In this document: in pieces, positions 1 through 9,280 of the stretch
How positions within the stretch are numbered: position 1 is the stretch's first letter
How the letters are laid out: each line of letters begins with the position of its first letter
Source of the DNA: a plasmid
Direction: 5' to 3' (one strand)
DNA: 64,000 nucleotides
Sequence record: NZ_CP067021.1
Notes under the pieces: generated by a model
The model's input: the letters and a program-made list of their open reading frames with translations, nothing else
What the model was told of the DNA's origin: nothing
Database searches by the model: none
Translations under genes and position numbers: made by a program

Positions 1-1466
1 TGGAATGGTGAGTTAATACGTGTCAGCGGTAACATGTAGAACACATCAAACAACGGTGCTGGTGAAATAGGTGCGTGATTACGTACCATCAAGCCCGGTA
101 TATGTGATGCCCAAGTCAAAATAGGATCGCCAGCCTGTTCCATGACTTTTGCACCGCCCCACGCTTCAAAACTCTTCCAAAGCTTTTGGCGCCGTCCTAC
201 AAGAATGTTTACACCATCTTCGGTATTCGGTGCCCATGTCATCATGGTCATTTGCAGACCAGCAACAGTGTCTACTTGATCTAGGTCATTTTTAGTGGCC
301 ATCAAAATGTTACCAGCATTACGAATGGCTTTGTTTTGTGCCGTCATAAAGTGAATAACGCTTGATAACGTGCGTTTCATCATGGTTCCAGCCATACCAT
401 CACCAGTAATACAGTAACTCACCGCATATGGGATAGAACGGATGTTACCGTTAGTGTCGTGCGTTTTGGCCTGGTGTAGTAAGCGGAATAGCGTTTCAAA
501 CGTATTCGTCTTAGCTGGATATATATCTACCATCAATGGCGCATATACTACGCCGTCAGTGATAACACTTCCCACTGGATAGAATGAACCTTGACTTGTA
601 CCAGGTAAGATCGCATTCGTCATGAGTTGTTCTGAGATCGGTTGATACAAAACGTGTGACGCATCATGTTCTGATGGTATTTCTTTCCAACGCATCGGTA
701 AGCGTGTATTCAACATCGGCACAGACAAGGTGAAGTCATCTGAAGTTGAATGTGAGGCAATTTGTTTTTTAATCGTTAGACCAGCTTCAACAACATTCAA
801 TACTTCATAGATTGCTGGAAATTCTTCAGTTGAGAGTGAGTTTAAGAATTGTGAGACAAAAGACTCATGGTGTACGTATAAGCTGTCCGATGATTTAAGC
901 ATGTCTTGAGCATTGACCGTACTTGGCATTGTAATTTGCGACAGTAGCTTTTTACGGTTTTTTGAGTCTTGAGCTTTATCGATTGGCGATAGTAAGGTTG
1001 GCTCAGAGATTAAAGCGATATAACAGCTTTCGTTAAATACACCGCCTGAAATGGTTTCTGTCATTTCATCAATGATGATGTCTAGATTCATCGCACAACG
1101 CGCCGTGGTCGCCTTTTGCATGGTGTTCAAGTCATGAATCGCGTATGGCGTCTCATGGTCTACTTTGAACGCTAGATGAATCGTATGTCCACGGTCTTTG
1201 AAGTAGTTACGCATGTTGCTCGTCATCAAACCAATTTGACGGCTGAATGCATCACCACTAATTAAACTCTTAATCCCCTTATATTCGATGATCGTAATCA
1301 TTGCACCAGTTTTTGTGACAAACGTATGTTCGTCCGATACTGTTTCTAAATCGCAATAATCCTCTACGTCAGCTTTCATGCTTTGTAGGAATAACATCAA
1401 TATAATTTCAATCTTGGAGTAACCAGTCTTATTATAACCAGACTTCTCAGCTTTCTTCTTACTCAT
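1..1466 (-). CDS. Partial CDS. The ATG is at 1466 and the ORF runs off the window start, so at least 488 aa are visible. Likely the large T4BSS ATPase (TraU / DotO-IcmB-like) at the distal end of the tra operon.
   Basis: Hand translation from the ATG at 1464-1466 on the minus strand stays open to coordinate 1 (MSKKKAEKSGYNKTGYSKIEIILML...). No complete ORF is listed for 1-1527, which fits a long ORF leaving the window. It sits where traU lies in R64-type tra operons, downstream of the TraR/TraQ-like genes. No Walker motif is visible in the part present. Confidence 0.45.
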   Translation of the reverse strand, partial: MSKKKAEKSGYNKTGYSKIEIILMLFLQSMKADVEDYCDLETVSDEHTFVTKTGAMITIIEYKGIKSLISGDAFSRQIGLMTSNMRNYFKDRGHTIHLAFKVDHETPYAIHDLNTMQKATTARCAMNLDIIIDEMTETISGGVFNESCYIALISEPTLLSPIDKAQDSKNRKKLLSQITMPSTVNAQDMLKSSDSLYVHHESFVSQFLNSLSTEEFPAIYEVLNVVEAGLTIKKQIASHSTSDDFTLSVPMLNTRLPMRWKEIPSEHDASHVLYQPISEQLMTNAILPGTSQGSFYPVGSVITDGVVYAPLMVDIYPAKTNTFETLFRLLHQAKTHDTNGNIRSIPYAVSYCITGDGMAGTMMKRTLSSVIHFMTAQNKAIRNAGNILMATKNDLDQVDTVAGLQMTMMTWAPNTEDGVNILVGRRQKLWKSFEAWGGAKVMEQAGDPILTWASHIPGLMVRNHAPISPAPLFDVFYMLPLTRINSPF

Positions 1467-1527
1467 TTAAACACCTTTATTAATTCACCTTTCTACGTCT
1501 ATCTTTGATTAGACATGCCTTTAAGCA

Positions 1528-2769
1528 TTAAGCACTAAAAAACGGTAATTCTCTTAAAACGTTAATCGCACTGTCGAAATCCTTATTTTGAATTGCGTCT
1601 TCAAGACTTTTAACAGAGGGTTTTAAGCTTGTATCTAAAACCAACCTTAATAAAAGTTCATAGTAGGTACTGTTAAAATGGATATTATCATTTTTTGAAT
1701 TAGTAAATACATCAGTTTTAACGGTTTCGTCCTCTTTTAATTCGACATACTTCTTAAAACTATTTAGGTCAAACACTAAACCCTTATTAAGCAGTTGCCA
1801 AAACACCGTTTCTAAAACCTCTTGGCTTTCCCCTAAAGTACCCACCTTGAAGTTTAAGGAACCTGTATTTTTAAGTTGGAAGTGAACCTTATCAAGCTCT
1901 ATGTAGATCTCTTTGTTCTGGTATAAGCCCTGTTCGTGGAAAACTTTAGACACCGATAGCTTTAAGTTTTGGTATATACAATAAGTTTGCAGCGAACTCA
2001 TTTTTAAGTTGCCCGTATCTATCTGGTTTGTCGCATCTTCTACGGACGTTGGTAGGTGTATCATCGGAAAGTAGCGTGTCAGTTCTTCAGACAGTTTCTT
2101 TTGTTCCAAAACGCTTATAATTGATAATGGATTGTCAAATCCAAAGTTGGTGCTCAGTAATTTCTTATGCTTCACACTCACACTTTGCTTAACCTGTATT
2201 TCAACGTCTAAGCCACTCAGCGCCGTTATTTTGTTTAGGTGTACCAAAGTGTCATCCAACAGCAAACAATCGCTGTTAACGGGGATATTCATCAACAATA
2301 GCGCTTTAATCAGTGGATCTTGAAAATGCCCCGTTGTGTCTTCACCAGTTGTTGTCTGATTCCCTATCGCTATATGTACAACATGGAGTAGCAATAGCGT
2401 GTTAGATGTATGGCCAGTGTCCCGTGTCGTTGGTATATACAAATCGTTCAGGAAGTTGAAAGCCTCAGTACCTATAACGCATAAGCGAAATATCGATAGC
2501 TGATCGTGCGTTTCCTTTGGTAGTGCATCTATCCCAAGTTCCCAATGTTTGTAGATGTATGGACCAATAAATGAGTATTCATCATCATTCAATATGTCCG
2601 TCTCAAATACGCTATCCAATACCGCTATATCATTCACTATGTCAGGCTTAAATGGCTGTAACACTATGCCCGATATAACCTCTTCTAAGCTCATATCTAT
2701 GTATTCGGTATCTGCTAAGCATTCTGTCATTTTTGTGAGCTCACTTATCACCCAAACCCTTAAATACAT
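1528..2769 (-). CDS. Hypothetical protein of 413 aa in the tra operon (TraT-position). An alternative start at Met14 would remove the overlap with the upstream gene.
   Basis: Long ORF, co-oriented with and tightly packed against the flanking tra-like genes. I see no recognisable motif. Confidence 0.5.
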   Translation of the reverse strand: MYLRVWVISELTKMTECLADTEYIDMSLEEVISGIVLQPFKPDIVNDIAVLDSVFETDILNDDEYSFIGPYIYKHWELGIDALPKETHDQLSIFRLCVIGTEAFNFLNDLYIPTTRDTGHTSNTLLLLHVVHIAIGNQTTTGEDTTGHFQDPLIKALLLMNIPVNSDCLLLDDTLVHLNKITALSGLDVEIQVKQSVSVKHKKLLSTNFGFDNPLSIISVLEQKKLSEELTRYFPMIHLPTSVEDATNQIDTGNLKMSSLQTYCIYQNLKLSVSKVFHEQGLYQNKEIYIELDKVHFQLKNTGSLNFKVGTLGESQEVLETVFWQLLNKGLVFDLNSFKKYVELKEDETVKTDVFTNSKNDNIHFNSTYYELLLRLVLDTSLKPSVKSLEDAIQNKDFDSAINVLRELPFFSA

Positions 2770-3628
2770 CTAGTGTTTGGTAGTACTCATACTGCTCGTC
2801 AGTAAAGATATTCGGGGAAAATACTATGTAGTGGTTTGGCAGATTAAAGCTCTCGTATGCTTCGTCTGATACCTTTTCCAAAGCTTTTGCGAGTTGATAC
2901 AAAGAAAAGTTTTTGTTCTCTTTGATGGCATTCAAATACCACTCTTTGTACTTGCGGAGCTGGTCTACGTAATCAACGTTCGCTACCAACATATCTTCTT
3001 GCTTGGCTTCTTCATATTCAGCCATTGTGTTGAACTTAATGTCCGTGAAGTACAGTTGGGTATCAATGCTTTGGGCTCGTGTCTTAATCGCATTAAACGC
3101 CTGTATATCCTCAAACATATTACGTGCGTATTCTGCTTCAGACATCTTTGTAGGATTAGGGCGTTGATGGCGCTTTAACGGCTCTACAAGCAAGCTTTGG
3201 CGATGTCGCCGTGCGAACTTAGCAAGCTCAGGATCTTGGTTGTCAGACTTATGCGATAACACCAGTAATGAACGTTGATATTGATTAAAGATCTCTTGAG
3301 GTATGTTCGTACTCAATACGCATATTTCAGCTTTCTTTTCCAGTGATAGTGCAAAGATGTGGTTTTGTGCATGGCATAGCGTACAGACCGCTACAATGTT
3401 CTCAGCCGTATGATTGCTATGATCGCCGTCTAAGTGATGTGGCTCTAAAAAGTATTCGTCATAGAAATCACAAAAATAGCATTTAGCTGGTTGTGAAGAC
3501 ATTATTTGCTTTATTGTCTCATTGGTTTTAAAACCATCATGGATAGTTTTATCTTGACGTATCTCTTGCTTGTCGTTTACGCCGTTAATAGGTCTTAAAA
3601 TACCAAACTTACGGTTTATATGTTTCAC
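2741..3628 (-). CDS. HNH (His-Me finger) endonuclease-domain protein, 295 aa.
   Basis: Motif CYFCDFYDEYFLEPHHLDGDHSNHTAENIVAVCTLCH matches CxxC...HH..D..N...N...CxxCH, i.e. a zinc-bound HNH core. It is embedded in the T4SS operon. Confidence 0.6.
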   Translation of the reverse strand: MKHINRKFGILRPINGVNDKQEIRQDKTIHDGFKTNETIKQIMSSQPAKCYFCDFYDEYFLEPHHLDGDHSNHTAENIVAVCTLCHAQNHIFALSLEKKAEICVLSTNIPQEIFNQYQRSLLVLSHKSDNQDPELAKFARRHRQSLLVEPLKRHQRPNPTKMSEAEYARNMFEDIQAFNAIKTRAQSIDTQLYFTDIKFNTMAEYEEAKQEDMLVANVDYVDQLRKYKEWYLNAIKENKNFSLYQLAKALEKVSDEAYESFNLPNHYIVFSPNIFTDEQYEYYQTLDVFKGLGDK

Positions 3629-3738
3629 TTAAACCCCTTAATACTATTAAGTAAGGTCTAATTAAAACATGTATATACTATTTTTAAAATAAAAAAAGCG
3701 CAGCCTAAGCCACGCTTTTAAACTTATTTATTATTATA

Positions 3739-4209
3739 TTACTTACTACCCGTAATAGTGTTCGCAGCAGAGAACATGATGAAGCCTACGATTGATAACG
3801 CACCACCTACACCAATACAGATCCAAGCAGTTTTCTTTTTCTTTTGTTGATCTTCTTCTGATGTATACATCATATACAAACCAGTACCAACTAAGCCTAA
3901 ACCAAGCACCATGAACACTACGATTAAGAATTTATAAACGTTTTGACCTAATGTTTCACCACGACCTAAGATTTCATTCGCATCAGAACCAGCATTGTGT
4001 TTACCATAAGTTGTACTACCTGGGTTCCATGTGCCAGTGTTTGCATATGCAACTTGACCCATTAATGCAGAAACAAAGGCTAAAAACATTACTTTTGCGC
4101 GGAATGCAGTCGCTTTTACAGTGCGAACTGAGTGTTTTACTAATGATACCATTGGCATTTTCCTTTTATTTAATATACGGGAGCTAATCTCCGCACTGTA
4201 ATTAAACAT
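3739..4209 (-). CDS. Small inner-membrane T4BSS component (TraR / IcmD-DotP-like), 156 aa.
   Basis: Two or three predicted TM helices and a KKKK cytoplasmic loop. Size and position are right before the TraQ-like gene. A putative terminator-like hairpin with T-run lies upstream at about 3690-3720. Confidence 0.45.
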   Translation of the reverse strand: MFNYSAEISSRILNKRKMPMVSLVKHSVRTVKATAFRAKVMFLAFVSALMGQVAYANTGTWNPGSTTYGKHNAGSDANEILGRGETLGQNVYKFLIVVFMVLGLGLVGTGLYMMYTSEEDQQKKKKTAWICIGVGGALSIVGFIMFSAANTITGSK

Positions 4210-4319
4210 TCTTAAAACCCTATTGCTTTAAGTTGCTTAATTTTAAACTTCTCGTTAAATATCTTCAATATCTTATACAATGTTTTTAAGAAACTCTCAC
4301 CCTATTTTAAGAAGATTGT

Positions 4320-4895
4320 TTAAAATATTGTAAAAAAGGTTCCTCCTATTTGTGTTCCAAAGGTATTAACAAAGACATTGTGTACGTCCTGAACGTATAC
4401 GCATAATACACCTGTTATAATTAAAACCCATGCTTTGCGGTATGTCGCATTGCCTTGAGCATCAATTTTCTCTACAAAACCATATAAGCCACGAGCTACC
4501 GCTATAATCCCTACCAGTTGCGTAAAACCTACAACCGCCGTAACGATATATGCACCTAAATCATTAGCACCAGCATCAGGCAAGTAACTTTGTACCGTTA
4601 CAAGTTCTATGCCATTACCACCAAACAATGAAGAACCTAGTGCACCAATGATATATCCGTCATATCCAAGTGATGCAAAAGCACCACCGATAAGAATCTT
4701 CAACAATGCCCCACCAGTGGTAGGCTCTTTCATTCCATGACCAAAGAACTTTTGTTGAGGTGATGATGCTTGCACTAAGTCAAAAAGCGCCGTGCCAGTA
4801 ATCACCAACCCCGTTACAACAAAGCAAATGCGTATAAAGCTTAGTAGTGGACCGTATATGTTTAATATCGCTTTAACTATATCTAATGCATCCAC
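4320..4895 (-). CDS. Polytopic inner-membrane T4BSS component (TraQ / IcmC-DotE-like), 191 aa.
   Basis: Glycine-rich protein with multiple TM helices. Position and size match IcmC/TraQ. Confidence 0.45.
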   Translation of the reverse strand: MDALDIVKAILNIYGPLLSFIRICFVVTGLVITGTALFDLVQASSPQQKFFGHGMKEPTTGGALLKILIGGAFASLGYDGYIIGALGSSLFGGNGIELVTVQSYLPDAGANDLGAYIVTAVVGFTQLVGIIAVARGLYGFVEKIDAQGNATYRKAWVLIITGVLCVYVQDVHNVFVNTFGTQIGGTFFTIF

Positions 4896-4905
4896 GCTAT
4901 TTTCC

Positions 4906-5787
4906 TTATTTCACCCAAATGGCTTGTTCGTTTTCGTCAACAGCATAGACCGTGCGATTGTCTGGCATCTTCTGACCTACATAGACTGTATATGTATGGT
5001 TTTGAGAATCTGTCATCCAAGCACGATCGCCTACAACCGCAAAAGCATCCAAACGTTTTGCACCTTTTGGAATTGATAAGGTTTTAGATCCCGATGTACT
5101 TAAAGCCTTTTGCTTGGCCTGGTCTTTAGCTATTGTTATTAAACTAGTCTTTAACTCCTTAATTGCCTGTTCTTGCAATTCAACAAGGTTTTTAAGATCG
5201 TCATTTTCAGCTTTCAGTTGTTCATTTTTGATTTTGGTTTCTGATTGAGCAACTGCAGTTTGTTCGCCGTTTTGTACTTGCCCTTGCGCTTGCTCTTTTT
5301 CTTGCAAACGTTGTAATAAAACAAGTGCATTCGTACCCTGACTTTGATAGAAGCTAATTGCCTCTTTTCCTAGATCAGAATCAATCGGATACGACATGGA
5401 TTTGTACATAATCATGTATTGACCAGTGGTAGGATCTTTAAACACAATATTTTCATCAACAATGAACGCCGTATCATCAGCAATACTATTGTCCTGTAAA
5501 GGTTGTTGATTTTGGTTGTATGTTGCTTGTGTTTGTTGAATGCCTTGACCAACAGTATCAATGGATTCCGGTGTTTGTTCTGGAGCAACTGCCGTGCTGA
5601 CGTCTTTTGGTTTACTCATTTGTATCCAAAAAAAAGTACCAATCATAATTAAGGCAATAACACCAATAACAATAAGAAGTTTTGGAGGAATACCACCCTT
5701 CGCACCACCTTCGCCTTTTTGGGGTTTGCCTTCAGCATCTTTTAAATTTTTCTTTGCCTGTTCAGCAGTCATTTGATTATCAGACAT
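4906..5787 (-). CDS. Bitopic membrane protein with a periplasmic coiled coil (TraP / DotF-IcmG-like), 293 aa.
   Basis: Charged N-terminus, a single TM (LLIVIGVIALIMIGTFFWI), then a Q/E/K-rich coiled coil. It lies immediately upstream of the DotG-like gene. Confidence 0.5.
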   Translation of the reverse strand: MSDNQMTAEQAKKNLKDAEGKPQKGEGGAKGGIPPKLLIVIGVIALIMIGTFFWIQMSKPKDVSTAVAPEQTPESIDTVGQGIQQTQATYNQNQQPLQDNSIADDTAFIVDENIVFKDPTTGQYMIMYKSMSYPIDSDLGKEAISFYQSQGTNALVLLQRLQEKEQAQGQVQNGEQTAVAQSETKIKNEQLKAENDDLKNLVELQEQAIKELKTSLITIAKDQAKQKALSTSGSKTLSIPKGAKRLDAFAVVGDRAWMTDSQNHTYTVYVGQKMPDNRTVYAVDENEQAIWVK

Positions 5788-5792
5788 ATCGC

Positions 5793-7316
5793 TTACCCCT
5801 TACTTTTCGGTGTTGTTACGTCAGCATCAAAAAAGACTTCAAATACTTTTCCGCTGTTAACGATATACGTAGTTGGTCGAACTGTTGATGTACGTGCCAT
5901 GTTCGCCATTTCCGTACCAACGTTACCAATGATGTTCCCGGCAATTTCTTTATCGTTTGGCTCTTCCTTCGTGCTTACAACATTGCCAGTATTTGTGATT
6001 TGGGTTGTACCCATGTTTTGATAGGCTTGTCCGTACCCCTCAAAGATTCCAGCAGTAACCATACCGCCAAGCTTTTGCAAAGTGTGTTTTTGGACTTTAT
6101 CAGCCATACCCGATTGTTTTGTTCCAAGAGTTAAAGCTCGTACTTGGATTGCATACTCTTCGCCCTTAAACAACATACGGGTAAAGTTAAATTCAATATC
6201 CGCAGTATTCAGACCAACAGTACCAATAAGTTTTGCGCCGTTAAATTTACCGCCAATAACAGTAGCAAATAGGTTTTTACCTTTATCAGTATTCACACCT
6301 GTATCTAAACGCGCTTTCATTGTTGTACCAGCTTTAATGATTGCTAGTCCTTTAGTAGATTCGCTAGTCGTTTTCGCAACGTTCAAGCTTCCAAGGTTTT
6401 GTTGCCCTTCCGATGCTTTAGTGTTGTGTGAATATTTATATGTTGAATATCCGTTGACCTTGTTCTTTGTATTAGAAAACGCAGCAAGTTGATCAACAAA
6501 AGCAGTTTGACTTAATTCACGCGTTGCAACATTACGTTCTGCATTAGCAGCTGCTTGTTGGCCATATACATTAGCAACATCATTAGCAGCAGATGAAGCA
6601 TGTTCATATTGTTGCGCGTAGTTAGTTTGATAAATCGGTGCGTTTTGATTAGCACCGTTTTGTGCTTGTGGTTGTTGTGGTAGACCACCGCTAGTTGGTT
6701 GAGGTAATGCGCCACCATAAGCACCACCTTGATTTGCCATATTAGCTCTGGCCATCTGGTCAAGTTCAAGCGTAATGTTTGGTGTACCACCTTTTGCAGA
6801 ACCGTTTACAGGTTGCCCATTTGGACCTGTAATAAAATTCTGATCGTTCAGATCGCCGTTTGGATCTTGTGTTGCAACTGTTTTAAATTCGGGTAAATAG
6901 CTTTCACCATTTTTGCCAGCTTGAGCAGCTTCTTCAGCTTGTTTTTGACGTTCATATTCTACGTATTCAGGAGGGATAACATTTGTACCCTGTCCTTGGA
7001 TTCCTGGTGTAGCAATAGCAACCTGATTATCTAAAGCTAGTTGGTCACTTTTCCCCATTGGGTTAAACATAAAAAAGCCTAAACCACCAACTACTACCAA
7101 ACCAATAATTGCAACAACGCGAAAGCGCGTATCTGCAAAAACACGTTTTTTGTTAGCAGTTTTAATACTTGTATTTTTCAGTTTTTTAGGTTGGTCTTCT
7201 TCTGAATGAACTTGGTTTGCAGAAATAATAGTTTCATCGGTAGTACCTACTTCAGTGCTACGACTAGAATTCTCTTCAATGTCATTCGGGTTATTTTGTT
7301 GGTTCGTTGAATCCAT
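5793..7316 (-). CDS. TraO / DotG-IcmE-like core-complex protein with a VirB10-like C-terminal region, 507 aa.
   Basis: N-terminal TM, a central Q/A/G/N-rich low-complexity linker, and a C-terminal beta-rich domain. Gene order follows DotF-DotG-DotH-DotI as in I-type systems. Confidence 0.55.
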   Translation of the reverse strand: MDSTNQQNNPNDIEENSSRSTEVGTTDETIISANQVHSEEDQPKKLKNTSIKTANKKRVFADTRFRVVAIIGLVVVGGLGFFMFNPMGKSDQLALDNQVAIATPGIQGQGTNVIPPEYVEYERQKQAEEAAQAGKNGESYLPEFKTVATQDPNGDLNDQNFITGPNGQPVNGSAKGGTPNITLELDQMARANMANQGGAYGGALPQPTSGGLPQQPQAQNGANQNAPIYQTNYAQQYEHASSAANDVANVYGQQAAANAERNVATRELSQTAFVDQLAAFSNTKNKVNGYSTYKYSHNTKASEGQQNLGSLNVAKTTSESTKGLAIIKAGTTMKARLDTGVNTDKGKNLFATVIGGKFNGAKLIGTVGLNTADIEFNFTRMLFKGEEYAIQVRALTLGTKQSGMADKVQKHTLQKLGGMVTAGIFEGYGQAYQNMGTTQITNTGNVVSTKEEPNDKEIAGNIIGNVGTEMANMARTSTVRPTTYIVNSGKVFEVFFDADVTTPKSKG

Positions 7317-7337
7317 TTTTACTTCTCACTTAATGAC

Positions 7338-8294
7338 TTAAAATGCGTCTTCGAGGTAAACAGTTTTAGGTGTACCGCCAGTCGTTGAAAATGTGATGTA
7401 TTTCAGATCTTCAGAATCTTCATAACGGAAAATCTTCATACCGTTGTTAGCGCGGAAAGAACTCAAAAAGGCTGGTTGAATAACACCAAAGTTACTACGC
7501 ACATATATATAGCCACCAAACTTCCAAGCACGGACATTAGGAGTATCGGTTCGCATTTCGACAGCACCTTCAGGCGCCAAGCCATCCATAAATTGCAAAC
7601 TCACACCATCTGGAATAATCGATGTTTGATTGCCTGTTGAATACATAGCTTTGGCTGTTGGGCTTCGACCAGGTATACGTGCGTCTACACGAACATCTAA
7701 ATCACGTTGGCCAGTAGCTAACATCAAAATTACTGGAGCACCCAATCCCTTTAATGTGACCGTTACGTTTCCGAAAGCAGCTGGATCTAATGGTTCGATT
7801 GAAAGGATGTTAGTTTCAGGGATTTCGTCTGGCTCTTTTTCGTTTTGCTCACCCAAACCATCTGAGAAACGTCCACGGTCCAAAGAAATCTTTTCAATGT
7901 TCCATGGATTGCCTGAAGAATCGGTAAAGACAATAGTAGATAGCATGCCAGCGCTTAAACGAATTACTGGCGGTTCCTCACCAGGGTTTAATGAAATACC
8001 CAAACTACGGGTTTTCGCTTGTGGCGTATTTACATAAGGACTAGAAAGGCTTCGTTTTTGTTGCAACAAAAGTCCTTTAACTATTTTTGTTTGCTCAGGT
8101 GTGAACTGCAAACCAACAAGGTTGTGAACCTGTCTGTCAATTTCCGATGCTGTATCAACTACCTCAGGTGCAACCAAAGGAGATTGAGCATCCGCAAAAG
8201 TATTCGGGGGCATATCAGCAGCATTAACTATTGTAGTTAATGCAGTAGAAGCAAAAAGAGCCAAAGATAATTTTTTCAATTTCATAAGTTTCAT
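7338..8294 (-). CDS. Secreted outer-membrane-associated core protein (TraN / DotH-IcmK-like), 318 aa.
   Basis: Clear signal peptide (MKLMKLKKLSLALFASTALTTIVNAA). Size and position sit between the DotG-like and DotI-like genes. Confidence 0.5.
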   Translation of the reverse strand: MKLMKLKKLSLALFASTALTTIVNAADMPPNTFADAQSPLVAPEVVDTASEIDRQVHNLVGLQFTPEQTKIVKGLLLQQKRSLSSPYVNTPQAKTRSLGISLNPGEEPPVIRLSAGMLSTIVFTDSSGNPWNIEKISLDRGRFSDGLGEQNEKEPDEIPETNILSIEPLDPAAFGNVTVTLKGLGAPVILMLATGQRDLDVRVDARIPGRSPTAKAMYSTGNQTSIIPDGVSLQFMDGLAPEGAVEMRTDTPNVRAWKFGGYIYVRSNFGVIQPAFLSSFRANNGMKIFRYEDSEDLKYITFSTTGGTPKTVYLEDAF

Positions 8295-8298
8295 CCAA

Positions 8299-8982
8299 TT
8301 AACGCGCTGGAGTTAACGTAATTGTCTTAACAGCAATACCGTTGTAGTTCAGATAAGAACGTGGATGCTCAACAATAGTAACTGTCGCAATGAAGCGGTG
8401 AGTCTCTTTAGGTTGTTTGTCACCTAAAAAGAATTGAGTAGTGATAGGAACACGAACAGTCCAACTAGGTTCTGCAGCATGTAAATCACGGTTTTCGATT
8501 TGTGGAACATCAGTAGCAGTAGTTCGCATCGTTAGGTTGTTTTGTACGATTGTGCCAACTGTTTGTGATTGAGCGATTTGCTTCATCAATGAATCTTTAC
8601 CGCCCTCAGTGAAATACATTGAACCAGCATTGTTAATAACGTCACGCCAGTTCAAGAAATCAAAGTTGTAGACAGAAAGTATTGCACTCTTACCGAATTC
8701 AGAAATAACAACGTCAGTAACGCGAGGGTTTTTTGATGCTTCGATTGGACAGATAACCGAGTTATCTACTGTTTGAACAGCTTTAACTTTAGGGTATGCA
8801 TTAAAGGCAGCAAAAATAATCATCGCAAGAACAGCACTCACGATAAAAGCGAAAAACACGAAAACAAGCCATCGTCTTAACTTTGCAATCTCCTTATCTT
8901 TTTCATCCACCTGTTTTCTTAGCCAAAGACTAGGATCACAAGAACCTATTTCAGCGTTTTCATTAGATTTGTCTTTAGACAC
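8299..8982 (-). CDS. Bitopic membrane protein (TraM / DotI-IcmL-like). Probable GTG start at 8982, giving 228 aa. The listed 274-aa ORF, whose ATG is at 9123, overlaps the upstream gene.
   Basis: AGGAG lies 7 nt upstream of a GTG. That GTG is directly after the stop of the 95-aa ORF at 8993. A TM helix (WLVFVFFAFIVSAVLAMIIFAAF) follows a charged N-terminus. Confidence 0.45.
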   Translation of the reverse strand: MSKDKSNENAEIGSCDPSLWLRKQVDEKDKEIAKLRRWLVFVFFAFIVSAVLAMIIFAAFNAYPKVKAVQTVDNSVICPIEASKNPRVTDVVISEFGKSAILSVYNFDFLNWRDVINNAGSMYFTEGGKDSLMKQIAQSQTVGTIVQNNLTMRTTATDVPQIENRDLHAAEPSWTVRVPITTQFFLGDKQPKETHRFIATVTIVEHPRSYLNYNGIAVKTITLTPAR

Positions 8983-8992
8983 AACAGCACTC

Positions 8993-9280
8993 CTATTTCG
9001 CTGGCTGATATATAACAGATGGAATTGGACGATCTGATTTAGAGCTAAGCACACACTTAACTGGTGTGCCGTCATCAAAAACCATAGATTCGAAATCTGT
9101 TGTGGTGAGTTTAAAAGCCACAAAACTAAGCGTTGTTAAAACGGTTAAAATGCACAATGAGGCAAACGTACCAACCAACACTCTTAAAAGCCTTGCGTAT
9201 TTTCTTTTACCTATTATTGATACTTCAGCGTAAGGAGAGCCCCATGTTGAAGTAGTCAAATTAGTTTTAGAGTTATCCAT
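8993..9280 (-). CDS. Small single-TM protein (TraL-position), 95 aa.
   Basis: One hydrophobic helix. Its start abuts the stop of the recombinase-like gene at 9281, and its stop abuts the GTG start of the downstream gene. Confidence 0.4.
   Translation of the reverse strand: MDNSKTNLTTSTWGSPYAEVSIIGKRKYARLLRVLVGTFASLCILTVLTTLSFVAFKLTTTDFESMVFDDGTPVKCVLSSKSDRPIPSVIYQPAK

Noticed and set aside
2132-3178. Short plus-strand ORFs (63, 72 and 94 aa) inside minus-strand tra genes
   Set aside because: They are entirely nested antisense within longer, better-supported ORFs. There is no RBS context. They are typical shadow ORFs.
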